From Burkholderiales bacterium (lineage in GTDB: Bacteria > Pseudomonadota > Gammaproteobacteria > Burkholderiales > SG8-39): a stretch of DNA of 64,000 nucleotides. A program made the position numbers and the translations under genes. Shown here piece by piece: positions 17,111 through 26,873 of the stretch. A model generated the notes under the pieces. That model was not told the origin of the DNA. It was given only the letters and a program-made list of their open reading frames with translations, and ran no database searches. Where the stretch lies: NCBI GenBank assembly GCA_050248795.1, contig JBFWRS010000006.1:16246-80245 (forward strand), written 5' to 3'. Each line of letters starts with the position of its first letter. Position 1 is the first letter of the stretch.

Positions 17111-18562
17111 CTAAACGCTGCCGGCGAACTCCCGTTCGAGCAGTTCGCGCAGGCGAAAGCGCTGCACTTTGCCGGTCGCCGTGCGCGGCAGTTCGTTCAC
17201 CACGCGGATCCACTTCGGCCGCTGGTGCCGCGCGAGGCGCGCCTCGCAGGCGGCGCCGGCACCTGCCTGGGCGGCCTGCGCCTCGCCCCTGGCGGTGACG
17301 AAAAGCGCGAGGCGCTCGAAGCCGTCGACGTCGGGCACCGTCACGCACGCCGCGTCGGCAACGGTGGCCTCGGCCAGGGCGACTTCCTCGACCAGGCCGG
17401 GCCTGACCCACTGGCCGGCCACCTTGATGAGTTCGTCCGAGCGTCCCTGGTGCACGAAGTTGCCTGCAGCATCCTGCAGGAACATGTCGCGGGTGCAGAA
17501 CCAGCCGTCGCGGAACTGCTCGCGGGTCTGCTCCGGCCGGTTGGCGTAGCCGAGCGCCAGCGCGGGATGCCGCAGCCACAGTTCGGCCGGTTCATCCGGC
17601 ACGCCTTCCAGGCGCGCTTCCACTCCTGCCAGCGGCTGCCCGGTATGCGTGCCGTCCGAGGTGCCGCGCCGCGTCACCAGGCTTACGCAGTAGGTCTCCG
17701 ACATGCCGTAGATCGACGCGATCTCGCCACCGGTGACGCCGCGCCAGGCTTCGATCACCGACGACGGCAGCCGCTCGCCGGCTGCGGCGTAGTGTTGTAC
17801 CGATTTGAACGGGGACAGATCGGCGCCAGCCAGCAGCTGGCGGTAGAACGACGGCACGCTGAAGAATGCCGTGGGCCGGTGCCTCGCAGCGAGCTCGCAG
17901 ATGCTGTCGACGCTGGCCCACCCCGGGTGCAGGATTGCCGCCGCCCCCAGCGATAGCGGCCCGAGTAGTCCGTTCTCGAGTGCGTAGGCGAAGAAGAGCT
18001 TGGAGGTGGCCAGCACACGATCCTTGGCATCCATGCCGAATGCTTCGCGCTGCGCCTGACCCGAGACCAGGATGGCGCGATGCGTGTGGATGATGCCTTT
18101 CGGCCGTCCCGTGGTGCCCGAGGAATACAGCCAGAACGCCGCATCATCAGGCAATGCGTCATGCGGTTCAGCGCCGGCGCCGGCGCCGGCGAGCTCCGCG
18201 ACGTCGATTGCGGGCAGCCCCAGAGACCTGGCGAGCGCTGGCTCGGTCACCAACAGTCGCGCCGCGCTGTCCTCAACCACGTGCTGCAGGTCCGCATCGG
18301 CCAGCTTGTTGTTCAGCCCGATCGGAACTACACCGTGCCAGACCGCGCCCAGCCAGGCCACGGCATAACCCGGCGTGTCGCGCAACAGCAGCAGCACCCG
18401 CTCGCCGGGCGCGATGCCAAGCTTTGCGTAGGCGTGCGCCGCGCGGCGCACGCGGTCGGCGAGTTCAGCGTAAGTGAGCGATTCCTCGCCGCAAATGAGC
18501 GCGGTGCGCGCACCATGGCGCGCGAGGGCCTGCCTTCCCAGCAACGATCCGGCGGCGTTCAT
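17111..18562 (-). CDS. Benzoate/4-hydroxybenzoate-CoA ligase family AMP-forming acyl-CoA ligase
   Basis: 483 aa: AMP-binding motif YSSGTTGRPKGIIHTHR, then YGMSET and PRTATGKVQRFRLRE. Confidence 0.88.
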   Translation of the reverse strand: MNAAGSLLGRQALARHGARTALICGEESLTYAELADRVRRAAHAYAKLGIAPGERVLLLLRDTPGYAVAWLGAVWHGVVPIGLNNKLADADLQHVVEDSAARLLVTEPALARSLGLPAIDVAELAGAGAGAEPHDALPDDAAFWLYSSGTTGRPKGIIHTHRAILVSGQAQREAFGMDAKDRVLATSKLFFAYALENGLLGPLSLGAAAILHPGWASVDSICELAARHRPTAFFSVPSFYRQLLAGADLSPFKSVQHYAAAGERLPSSVIEAWRGVTGGEIASIYGMSETYCVSLVTRRGTSDGTHTGQPLAGVEARLEGVPDEPAELWLRHPALALGYANRPEQTREQFRDGWFCTRDMFLQDAAGNFVHQGRSDELIKVAGQWVRPGLVEEVALAEATVADAACVTVPDVDGFERLALFVTARGEAQAAQAGAGAACEARLARHQRPKWIRVVNELPRTATGKVQRFRLRELLEREFAGSV

Positions 18563-18592
18563 GGCGCGTGTCCATGCACCGCAAGCCGCATG

Positions 18593-19711
18593 TCACGCAT
18601 CGCCCCAGACGTCTTGCGCAGTCTCGATTACCAGCCGCAGCTTCGCGCGCTGGGCCTCGACCGCGATGTTGTTGCCATGCACCGTGCTCGAGAATCCGCA
18701 TTGCGGGCTGAGCGCGAGCTGCTCCAGCGGGACGAACTTCGCGGCTTCGTCGATGCGGCGCTTCAGGTCGTCCTTCTTCTCCAGTTCACCGAGCTTGGTC
18801 GTCACCAGGCCAAGCACCACGATCTTGCCCTTGGGCAGGAAGCGCAGGGGCCGGAAGTCGCCGCTCCTCGCGTCGTCATACTCGAGGAAATAGGCGTCGA
18901 CGCCCATTTCGGACAACAGCGCCTCGGCTACCGGCTCGTAGCCGCCCTGCGCCGCCCAAGTGCTCTTGAAGTTGCCGCGACACAGGTGAACGGCGAGCGT
19001 CATGCCGGCCGGCTTCTTCGCCACGACGCGGTTGATGAACTTCGCGTAGCGGTGCGGCAACTCATCCGGGTCGTCGCCGCGCGCGCGCGCGGCGTCGCGC
19101 ATCTTTTCGTCGCACAGGTACGCGAGGTTCGTGTCATCCATCTGCACGTAGCGGCAGCCCGCGTTCGCGAGCGATTGCAGTTCTTCGCCGTACGCGTTTG
19201 CCACGTCTTCGTAGAAATCGGGTTCCAGCTCGGGGTAGTGCGCCTTGCTGATGCCGGCGCGGCCGCCGCGGAAGTGCAGCATCGTGGGCGATGGAATCGT
19301 CACCTTGGGCGTGCGCGTGGTGCGCGATTTCAGGTATTCGAAGTCCGCCAGCTGGATGTCCTTTACGTGGCGCACCTTGTCCACCACGCGCATTACTGGC
19401 GGTGCCAGTTCCTCGGTGCCGTCGGGCTTTCTCACGGTGACCGGAATGTCGGTCTTCACGCCGCCGAGCTGCTCGAGGAAATCGATGTGAAAGTAGGTGC
19501 GCCGGAACTCGCCGTCGGTGATGCTCGACAGACCGGTCTCCTCCTGGAACTTCACCACCTCCGCGATGGCGCGGTCTTCGACCTCGCGCAACGCCGCGGC
19601 GCTGATCTCGCCACGCGCCTTTTTCTCGCGCGCCTCCAGCAGGTACTGCGGACGCAGGAAACTGCCGACATGATCGGCGCGGAACGGCGGGGTGCTGCGG
19701 CGTTCTGCCAT
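18593..19711 (-). CDS. MetE C-terminal-domain-like (cobalamin-independent methionine synthase II family) methyltransferase
   Basis: 372 aa from ATG 19711, with an AAGGAGG SD upstream: MAERRSTPPFRADHVGSFLRP, QMDDTNLAYL and LAVHLCRGN. The ORF-track start 20179 runs through the divergent marR gene. Confidence 0.85.
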   Translation of the reverse strand: MAERRSTPPFRADHVGSFLRPQYLLEAREKKARGEISAAALREVEDRAIAEVVKFQEETGLSSITDGEFRRTYFHIDFLEQLGGVKTDIPVTVRKPDGTEELAPPVMRVVDKVRHVKDIQLADFEYLKSRTTRTPKVTIPSPTMLHFRGGRAGISKAHYPELEPDFYEDVANAYGEELQSLANAGCRYVQMDDTNLAYLCDEKMRDAARARGDDPDELPHRYAKFINRVVAKKPAGMTLAVHLCRGNFKSTWAAQGGYEPVAEALLSEMGVDAYFLEYDDARSGDFRPLRFLPKGKIVVLGLVTTKLGELEKKDDLKRRIDEAAKFVPLEQLALSPQCGFSSTVHGNNIAVEAQRAKLRLVIETAQDVWGDA

Positions 19712-19747
19712 GACGAACCTCCTTGGAGCGAGTATAACCAAGCCGCC

Positions 19748-20182
19748 ATGAAGAAAAGCAGGCCGTCTGAACTGCGCCAGGGCGCGCTTCCGCGCCTGCT
19801 CGGCTACCGCCTGCGGCTCGCGCAGCAGACCGTATTCGAGGACTTTGCCACCCATGTGAAAGGCATCTCGCCCGGCCGCATCGGCGTGCTGGTCCTGATC
19901 GAGGCGAACCCGGGCGTGACGCAGAGCCGCCTCGCAGAGGCCGTGCGGCGCGACCGCTCGACGATGGTCGGCGTGCTGGACGAACTCCAGGCGCGCGGTT
20001 TCATCGAGCGCCGTCGCGGCGAAGACCGTCGCACCAACACGCTGCAGCTGACACGCGCCGGGCATGCGTTCCTTGCTCGCGCGATGCGCCAGATCGAAGC
20101 GCATGAACGTCGCATCGGCGCGCGCCTGACGCGCTCCCAGCGCGCACAGTTGCTGCGCCTGCTCGAGCGCGTCGGGCAATGA
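19748..20182 (+). CDS. MarR family transcriptional regulator
   Basis: 144 aa winged-helix protein: GVTQSRLAEAVRRDRSTMVGVLDELQARGFIERRRGEDRRTNTLQLT. Divergent from the MetE-like operon with a 36-bp spacer. Confidence 0.9.
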   Translation: MKKSRPSELRQGALPRLLGYRLRLAQQTVFEDFATHVKGISPGRIGVLVLIEANPGVTQSRLAEAVRRDRSTMVGVLDELQARGFIERRRGEDRRTNTLQLTRAGHAFLARAMRQIEAHERRIGARLTRSQRAQLLRLLERVGQ

Positions 20183-20205
20183 AAAAGGGCGCCCGAAGGC
20201 GCCCT
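20182..20205 (-). terminator. Intrinsic terminator downstream of amtB
   Basis: Minus strand: GGGCGCC-UUCG-GGCGCCC followed by UUUUUC. Lies between the convergent marR and amtB genes. Confidence 0.6.
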
Positions 20206-20230
20206 GGGGAAGCTTTGCGGAGCGCGCGCC

Positions 20231-21523
20231 TCAGTTGTTGTACGCGGCCTCGCCATGCTCGGCGATGTCCAGGCCTTCGGACTCGGCGTCTTCGCTTACG
20301 CGCAGGCCGATCGTCATGTCGAGCACCTTCAGCAGCACGTAGCTGATGACGCCGGTGTAGACGAGCGTGAAGCCCACGCTCGCCGCCTGCACGCCGAGCT
20401 GTGCGCCGATGCCGGCATTGTTGCCGCCGAACCCGGTGCCCCCCAGGCCTGGCGAGGCGAGGATGCCGATGCCCAGCGCGCCTATGATGCCGGCGACACC
20501 GTGCACGCCGAACACGTCCAGCGCGTCGTCGTACCCCAGCGAGCGCTTCAGGTAGGCCACAGCCCAGAACGCGCCGACGCCGGCCACGCCACCGAGCACG
20601 ATCGCGCCCATCGGCCCCGCATTGCCGCAGGCGGGGGTGATCGCCACCAGCCCGGCAACGGCGCCCGAGGCGGCGCCGAGCAGGCTCGGCTTGCCCTTGA
20701 TCAGCCACTCGGCGAAGATCCACGCGAGCACCGCCGCAGCGGTCGCCAGTTGCGTGTTCAGCATCGCGAGCGCGGCGCTGCCGTTGGCGGCGAGCGCGCT
20801 GCCGCCATTGAAGCCGAACCAGCCCACCCACAGCAGCGCCGCGCCGGTGAGCGTGAAGGTCAGGTTGTGCGGTGGCATCGCCACCTTGCCGTAGCCCTTG
20901 CGCTTGCCCAGCACGATCGCGGCCACCAGCCCGGCGATGCCGGCGTTGATGTGCACCACGGTGCCGCCGGCGAAGTCGATCGCGCCCATGCCTGCGATCC
21001 AGCCGCCGCCCCAGACCATGTGGGCCATCGGCGCGTAGCAGACCAGCAGCCACAGGCTCGTGAACCACAGCATGGCAGAGAACTTCATGCGCTCGGCGAA
21101 GGCGCCGACGATGAGCGCGGGCGTGATCGCGGCGAAGGTCAGCTGGAACGTCGCGAACAGAAGCTCCGGAATGGTTCCCTGCAGCGACGCCGGCGTGACA
21201 CCGGACAGGAACGCCTTGGACAGGCCGCCGACGACGCTGTTGCCCTCGCTGAATGCCAGGCTGTAGCCGACCAGCGCCCACAGCACCGACATCAGTGACA
21301 GCGTGACAAACACGTGCATCAGCACGGACAGCGCATTCTTGGCGCGCACCATGCCGGCGTAGAACAGCGCCAGGCCCGGCACCACCATCAGCACGACCAG
21401 CACCGTGGAGGTCAGCATCCAGGCGGTGTCGCCGCTGTCGAGCTTGGGTTTGTCCTGCGCGAAGGCCGTGCCGGCGACGAACAGCAGCGTCGCGAGCGGC
21501 AGGCGTGCAAGCATCTTCTTCAT
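20231..21523 (-). CDS. amtB: Ammonium transporter
   Basis: Amt family polytopic protein with signal peptide MKKMLARLPLATLLFVAGTAFA. I start it at ATG 21523 (GGGAGA SD), because the ORF-track start 21550 overlaps glnK. Confidence 0.95.
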   Translation of the reverse strand: MKKMLARLPLATLLFVAGTAFAQDKPKLDSGDTAWMLTSTVLVVLMVVPGLALFYAGMVRAKNALSVLMHVFVTLSLMSVLWALVGYSLAFSEGNSVVGGLSKAFLSGVTPASLQGTIPELLFATFQLTFAAITPALIVGAFAERMKFSAMLWFTSLWLLVCYAPMAHMVWGGGWIAGMGAIDFAGGTVVHINAGIAGLVAAIVLGKRKGYGKVAMPPHNLTFTLTGAALLWVGWFGFNGGSALAANGSAALAMLNTQLATAAAVLAWIFAEWLIKGKPSLLGAASGAVAGLVAITPACGNAGPMGAIVLGGVAGVGAFWAVAYLKRSLGYDDALDVFGVHGVAGIIGALGIGILASPGLGGTGFGGNNAGIGAQLGVQAASVGFTLVYTGVISYVLLKVLDMTIGLRVSEDAESEGLDIAEHGEAAYNN

Positions 21524-21533
21524 TGCAATCTCC

Positions 21534-22728
<1,195 letters not shown>

Positions 22729-22767
22729 GATGACGCTCCAGGGTTGATGTCATGACCTTCCTCCGTG

Positions 22768-22783
22768 AGCATCCTTCGTGCCA
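22768..22783 (-). promoter_or_regulatory. Candidate sigma-54 (-24/-12) promoter for the porin-glnK-amtB operon
   Basis: Minus strand TGGCACGAAGGATGCT against the consensus TGGCACG-N4-TTGCW. GG and GC have the correct spacing, with one mismatch. It lies about 40 nt upstream of the porin ATG. Confidence 0.6.
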
Positions 22784-22833
22784 GACCTTCTTCCCAATGA
22801 TTTCAAAGGCTTGAGACATGCCCCCCGAGCGGG

Positions 22834-22850
22834 CGCACCATCTTGGGGCG
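22834..22850. promoter_or_regulatory. NtrC-like enhancer half-palindrome
   Basis: GCACCA-TCT-TGGGGC against the NtrC consensus GCACCA-N3-TGGTGC (one mismatch). Centred about 85 nt upstream of the predicted sigma-54 transcription start. Confidence 0.4.
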
Positions 22851-22898
22851 CTCGCAGGCAGCCTCGCCCGTGCATAGTGCGGCGACTACAATGCGTCG

Positions 22899-23132
22899 AT
22901 GATCGACAGGAAACTGCTGGATGAGTTGAGCGCCCGCGTGGCGGAGGCGGTGCGCGCTTCCCCTGCCCCGGACATCGAGAAGAACCTGCGGGCGCTGCTC
23001 ACGGCGTTCTTTGCGCGCTTCGACCTGGTCGCACGCGAGGATTTCGAGGTGCAAAGAAAGATGCTCGAGCGTGCCCAGGCGAAGCTCGCCAGTCTCGAGG
23101 CCCGGCTCGCGGAACTCGAAGCGCGAAGGTAA
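22899..23132 (+). CDS. ubiK: Ubiquinone biosynthesis accessory factor UbiK (BMFP/YqiC family)
   Basis: 77 aa coiled-coil protein: LLTAFFARFDLVAREDFEVQRKMLERAQAKLASLEARLAELE. Confidence 0.8.
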   Translation: MIDRKLLDELSARVAEAVRASPAPDIEKNLRALLTAFFARFDLVAREDFEVQRKMLERAQAKLASLEARLAELEARR

Positions 23133-23174
23133 ACCCACGGGCCTCCCGCCGCGTTGTGCGGTGCTGGAGGATCC

Positions 23175-24674
23175 ATGTCGCTGGCACTGGTGGCGAGCCG
23201 CGCGCTCGCCGGGATAGACGCGCCCGAAGTCACCGTCGAGGTCCACCTCGGGCCTGGCCTGCCGATGTTCACCATCGTCGGCCTGCCGGACGCCGAGGTA
23301 CGCGAAGCGAAGGATCGCGTGCGCGCGGCACTCAATCACGCGCATTTCGAGTTTCCGGCACGCCGCATTACCGTCAATCTCGCGCCTGCCGACCTGCCGA
23401 AGGACTCCGCGCGCTTCGATCTCCCCATCGCGCTCGGCATCCTCGCCGCGAGCGGCCAGGTGCGCGCGGAATCGCTGCAGGCGCATGAGTTCGCCGGCGA
23501 ACTGTCGCTGAACGGCGAACTGCGTCCGGTGCGCGGGGCGCTGGCGATGGCGCTGGGCGCGCGCGGTGCCGGTCGCGCCTTCGTGCTGCCGGAGGCAAAT
23601 GCCGGCGAGGCGGCGCTCGCCGGCGGCGACGGTATCCTGCCGGCGCGCTCGCTGCTCGATGTCTGCGCGCACCTGATGGGCGAGTCGCCACTGCCCGGAT
23701 TCGCTGGCGCCGTTCGCGCCGTGCCCGCGACGTACGCCGATTTCGCCGAGGTCAAGGGACAGGCGCAGGTGAAGCGCGCGCTGGAGGTCGCGGCGGCGGG
23801 CGCGCACAGCGCGCTGCTGATCGGCCCCCCCGGCACCGGCAAATCGATGCTCGCCACGCGCTTTGCCGGCATCCTGCCGCCCTTGACTGCAGCCGAGGCG
23901 CTGGAGGTTGCCGCCATCCACTCCGCGTCGTCGAAGGGATTCGAAGTCGGGCGCTGGGGCGAGCGACCGATGCGCGCACCGCATCACACGGCCTCCAGTG
24001 CAGCGCTGGTGGGCGGCGGCAGTCCGCCGCGCCCCGGCGAGATTTCGCTCGCGCATGGCGGCGTGCTGTTCCTCGACGAACTGCCGGAATTCGGCCGCAA
24101 CGTGCTGGAGGCGCTGCGCGAGCCGCTGGAGGCGGGCAGCGTGTCGATCGCGCGCGCGGCGCGACAGGCGCAGTTTCCGGCGCGCTTCCAGCTCATCGCG
24201 GCAATGAACCCCTGCCCCTGTGGCTACCTCGGCGACCCGGCAGGTCGTTGCCGCTGTACGCCGCAGGCAGTGGCACGATACCGTTCGCGCATCTCGGGGC
24301 CGCTCGCCGACCGCATCGATATCAAGATCGAAGCGCCTGCGCCGCGCGATGGCGAGTTGACCGCGAGAGGCGACGCCGAGCCTAGCAGCGCGATCCGCGC
24401 GCGCGTGTGCGCCGCGCGCGAGCGCCAGCTCGCCCGGCAGGGCAAGGCCAACGCGCGGCTGGGCCCGCGCGAAATCGAGCGACACTGCCCCATCGACGCG
24501 CAGGCCGAGGCCCTGGTCAAGGAGGCGATACGCAGGCTCGCATTGTCGGCGCGGGCGTACCACCGCGTGCTGCGCGTGGCGCGCACCATCGCGGACCTGG
24601 CCGCGAGCGACACCATTGCAGCGGCCCAGATCGCCGAAGCGATCCAGTACCGCAGGCTCGACGCCGGGATGTAG
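23175..24674 (+). CDS. comM: YifB/ComM family ATP-dependent Mg-chelatase-like protein
   Basis: Start ATG 23175 with a GGAGG SD. N-terminal Lon-protease-like domain, Walker A LIGPPGTGKSMLA, and GVLFLDELPEF. Confidence 0.93.
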   Translation: MSLALVASRALAGIDAPEVTVEVHLGPGLPMFTIVGLPDAEVREAKDRVRAALNHAHFEFPARRITVNLAPADLPKDSARFDLPIALGILAASGQVRAESLQAHEFAGELSLNGELRPVRGALAMALGARGAGRAFVLPEANAGEAALAGGDGILPARSLLDVCAHLMGESPLPGFAGAVRAVPATYADFAEVKGQAQVKRALEVAAAGAHSALLIGPPGTGKSMLATRFAGILPPLTAAEALEVAAIHSASSKGFEVGRWGERPMRAPHHTASSAALVGGGSPPRPGEISLAHGGVLFLDELPEFGRNVLEALREPLEAGSVSIARAARQAQFPARFQLIAAMNPCPCGYLGDPAGRCRCTPQAVARYRSRISGPLADRIDIKIEAPAPRDGELTARGDAEPSSAIRARVCAARERQLARQGKANARLGPREIERHCPIDAQAEALVKEAIRRLALSARAYHRVLRVARTIADLAASDTIAAAQIAEAIQYRRLDAGM

Positions 24675-24687
24675 TTAGACTTCGCCC

Positions 24688-25506
24688 ATGGCGACATGGG
24701 CGATCGGCGACGTGCAGGGCTGCTACGACGAACTGTCGGCGCTGGTGTCGCGCATCGGCTTCGATGCCGCGCGCGACACGCTGTGGTTCGTTGGCGACCT
24801 CGTCAATCGCGGACCGAAATCGCTGCAGACGCTGCGCTACGTGCGCGGGCTCGGCGATGCCGCGCGCGTGGTGCTCGGCAATCACGACCTGCACCTTGTC
24901 TGCCGCGCCGAGGGCCTGTGGAAGCGCCGCGAGGACGACACGCTGGACGCCGTGCTCGAAGCCGCCGACGGCAGCGAACTGGTTGCCTGGCTGCGCACGC
25001 GCCCGCTGATGCATGTCGAGGGCGGCTACGCCATGCTGCACGCAGGCTTGCTGCCCGGCTGGTCGATCGCGCAGGCGTGCGCCTGTGCACGCGAAGTCGA
25101 GGCCGCGCTGGCCGCACCCGGCTACCGGGATTTCCTCTCGCACATGTACGGCAGCGAGCCTTCGCGCTGGCGCGAGTCGCTTTCCGGCTGGGAGCGCCTG
25201 CGCGCCATCGTCAACGTGTTCACGCGCATGCGCTTCACCACGGCGGACAACGACATCGAAGTGCGCACCAAGGGCGAGAAGCCGCCGCCCGGATACAGCC
25301 CATGGTACGAACTGCGCGAAGCGGGCGACGACGCCACCATCGTCTGCGGGCACTGGTCGACGCAGGGACTGAAGGTGCTCCCGCATATGGTCGCGATCGA
25401 CACCGGCTGCGTGTGGGGCGGCGCGCTCACCGCGGTGCGGCTGGAAGACCGCGAGATCGTCCAGTTGCCCTGCCCCGGTCACCGTAAACCAGGAGGAGAC
25501 TCATGA
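24688..25506 (+). CDS. apaH: Bis(5'-nucleosyl)-tetraphosphatase, symmetrical
   Basis: 272 aa metallophosphoesterase: WAIGDVQGCYDEL, GDLVNRGP and GNHDLHL. Confidence 0.95.
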   Translation: MATWAIGDVQGCYDELSALVSRIGFDAARDTLWFVGDLVNRGPKSLQTLRYVRGLGDAARVVLGNHDLHLVCRAEGLWKRREDDTLDAVLEAADGSELVAWLRTRPLMHVEGGYAMLHAGLLPGWSIAQACACAREVEAALAAPGYRDFLSHMYGSEPSRWRESLSGWERLRAIVNVFTRMRFTTADNDIEVRTKGEKPPPGYSPWYELREAGDDATIVCGHWSTQGLKVLPHMVAIDTGCVWGGALTAVRLEDREIVQLPCPGHRKPGGDS

Positions 25507-25931
25507 GCGATTGCGTGTTCTGCAGGATCGTCGCCGGGCAGATTCCGTCGACGCGGGTGTTCGAGGACGAACAGACGCTGGCCTTCATGGACATCGGCCA
25601 GGTGAACCCGGGCCACGTGCTGGTGGCGGCAAAGCCGCACGTCGAGAATATCTATGGTCTCGACGATGCGCTCGCGGCGGCCGTGTTCCGCACCGCCGCG
25701 CGCGTCGCAAGGTCGGTGCACGCGGCGTTTTCGCCGCCCGGGCTGTCGATCTACCAGGCCAACGGCAAGCCGGCCGGGCAGACGGTGTTCCACTTCCACC
25801 TGCACGTGCTGCCGCGCTGGGACGGCGACGGCATGCAACTCACCTGGCCGGTGAAGAACCCGCCGCGCGAGAAGCTGGAAGAGTACGCGGCGAAGATTCG
25901 CCCGGCGCTAGCGCCTCACCAGGGCGAGTAG
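25503..25931 (+). CDS. HIT family (histidine triad) protein
   Basis: 142 aa: CVFCRIV, and the histidine triad QTVFHFHLHVLPR. ATGA overlap with the apaH stop. Confidence 0.9.
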   Translation: MSDCVFCRIVAGQIPSTRVFEDEQTLAFMDIGQVNPGHVLVAAKPHVENIYGLDDALAAAVFRTAARVARSVHAAFSPPGLSIYQANGKPAGQTVFHFHLHVLPRWDGDGMQLTWPVKNPPREKLEEYAAKIRPALAPHQGE

Positions 25932-26851
25932 CCGAACGCCTTGCGGAAGCGCTCCTCGACCTCGGTCTTCGAGGGCGCGTGGTTCTGCGGCCCGCGGTGC
26001 GCGATCTTGATCGATCCCATCAGCGAGCCGAGCCGGCCGGTGCTCTCCCAGTCCCAGCCGTTGGTGATGCCGTAGAGCAGTCCGGCGCGATACGCATCGC
26101 CGCAGCCGGTGGGATCGACCACGGCCTCGGCGGCGACACCGGGGATCTCGTGGCACTTGCCGCCGGCATGGATCTGCGAACCCTTGCCGCCCAGCGTCAC
26201 CACCAGCGCCTTCACCTCGCGCGCGATGTCCGCCAGCTTGCGGCCGGTCTTGTCCTCGAGCAGCTTGCCCTCGTAGTCGTTCACCGCGATGTAGTCGGCG
26301 AGGCGGAAAAATTCAATCAGCTCATCGCCGGAGAACATCGGCAGGCCCTGCCCCGGATCGAACAGGAACGGGATGCCGTGCTCGGCGCACTGGCGCGCGT
26401 GCTGCTGCATGCCCTCCTTGCCATCGGGCGAAACGGTTGCCAGCGTGGCACCAAGCGCCGGCGTGATGCGGTTCTCGTGCGCGTGGTTCATGGCGCCTGG
26501 ATGGAAGGCGATGATCTGGTTGTCGTCCAGGTCGGTGGTGATGAACGCCTGTGCGGTGAACTGGCCCGGGATGCGGCGCAGGTGCTCGTGCGCGATGCCC
26601 TGTGCATCGAGGCGCGACAGGTACGGCGCGATGTCCTCGCCCACCGTCGCCATCAGCAGCGGCGCACCACCCAGCAGCTTCAGGTTGTAGCCGATGTTGC
26701 CCGCCGTGCCGCCGAACTCGCGGCGCATCTCCGGTGTGAGAAAACACACATTCAGGATGTGCAGCTGGTCCGGCAGCAGGTGGTTCCTGAAGCGGTCGGG
26801 GAACACCATGATGGTGTCGTATGCGATCGAGCCGGTGACGAGTATGGTCAT
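25916..26851 (-). CDS. PfkB family carbohydrate/nucleoside kinase (adenosine-kinase-like)
   Basis: 311 aa from ATG 26851 (MTILVTGSIAYD). GGTAGN motif and PfkB signature DPTGCGDAYRAG. The ORF-track N-terminal extension has no support. Confidence 0.88.
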   Translation of the reverse strand: MTILVTGSIAYDTIMVFPDRFRNHLLPDQLHILNVCFLTPEMRREFGGTAGNIGYNLKLLGGAPLLMATVGEDIAPYLSRLDAQGIAHEHLRRIPGQFTAQAFITTDLDDNQIIAFHPGAMNHAHENRITPALGATLATVSPDGKEGMQQHARQCAEHGIPFLFDPGQGLPMFSGDELIEFFRLADYIAVNDYEGKLLEDKTGRKLADIAREVKALVVTLGGKGSQIHAGGKCHEIPGVAAEAVVDPTGCGDAYRAGLLYGITNGWDWESTGRLGSLMGSIKIAHRGPQNHAPSKTEVEERFRKAFGYSPW

Positions 26852-26873
26852 GTTGCCTTTGCGGTAGGGTGAA

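Noticed and set aside
19762-19771. An exact match to the Neisseria 10-mer DNA uptake sequence GCCGTCTGAA, inside the marR gene.
   Set aside because: I noticed only this one copy in the window, it lies in coding sequence, and the genome composition is unlike Neisseriaceae. A single 10-mer hit in 128 kb of two-strand sequence is compatible with chance. A genome-wide count would settle it.
22729-22765. An upstream ATG at 22753 (minus strand) preceded by a very strong SD, GGAGGAAGG. It opens a long alternate-frame ORF (21869-22819) that overlaps the porin gene.
   Set aside because: It is out of frame with the porin, which has a textbook signal peptide from ATG 22728. Its translation is Arg/Pro-rich junk, and the SD would lie at or upstream of the predicted sigma-54 transcription start, so it is probably not in the mRNA.
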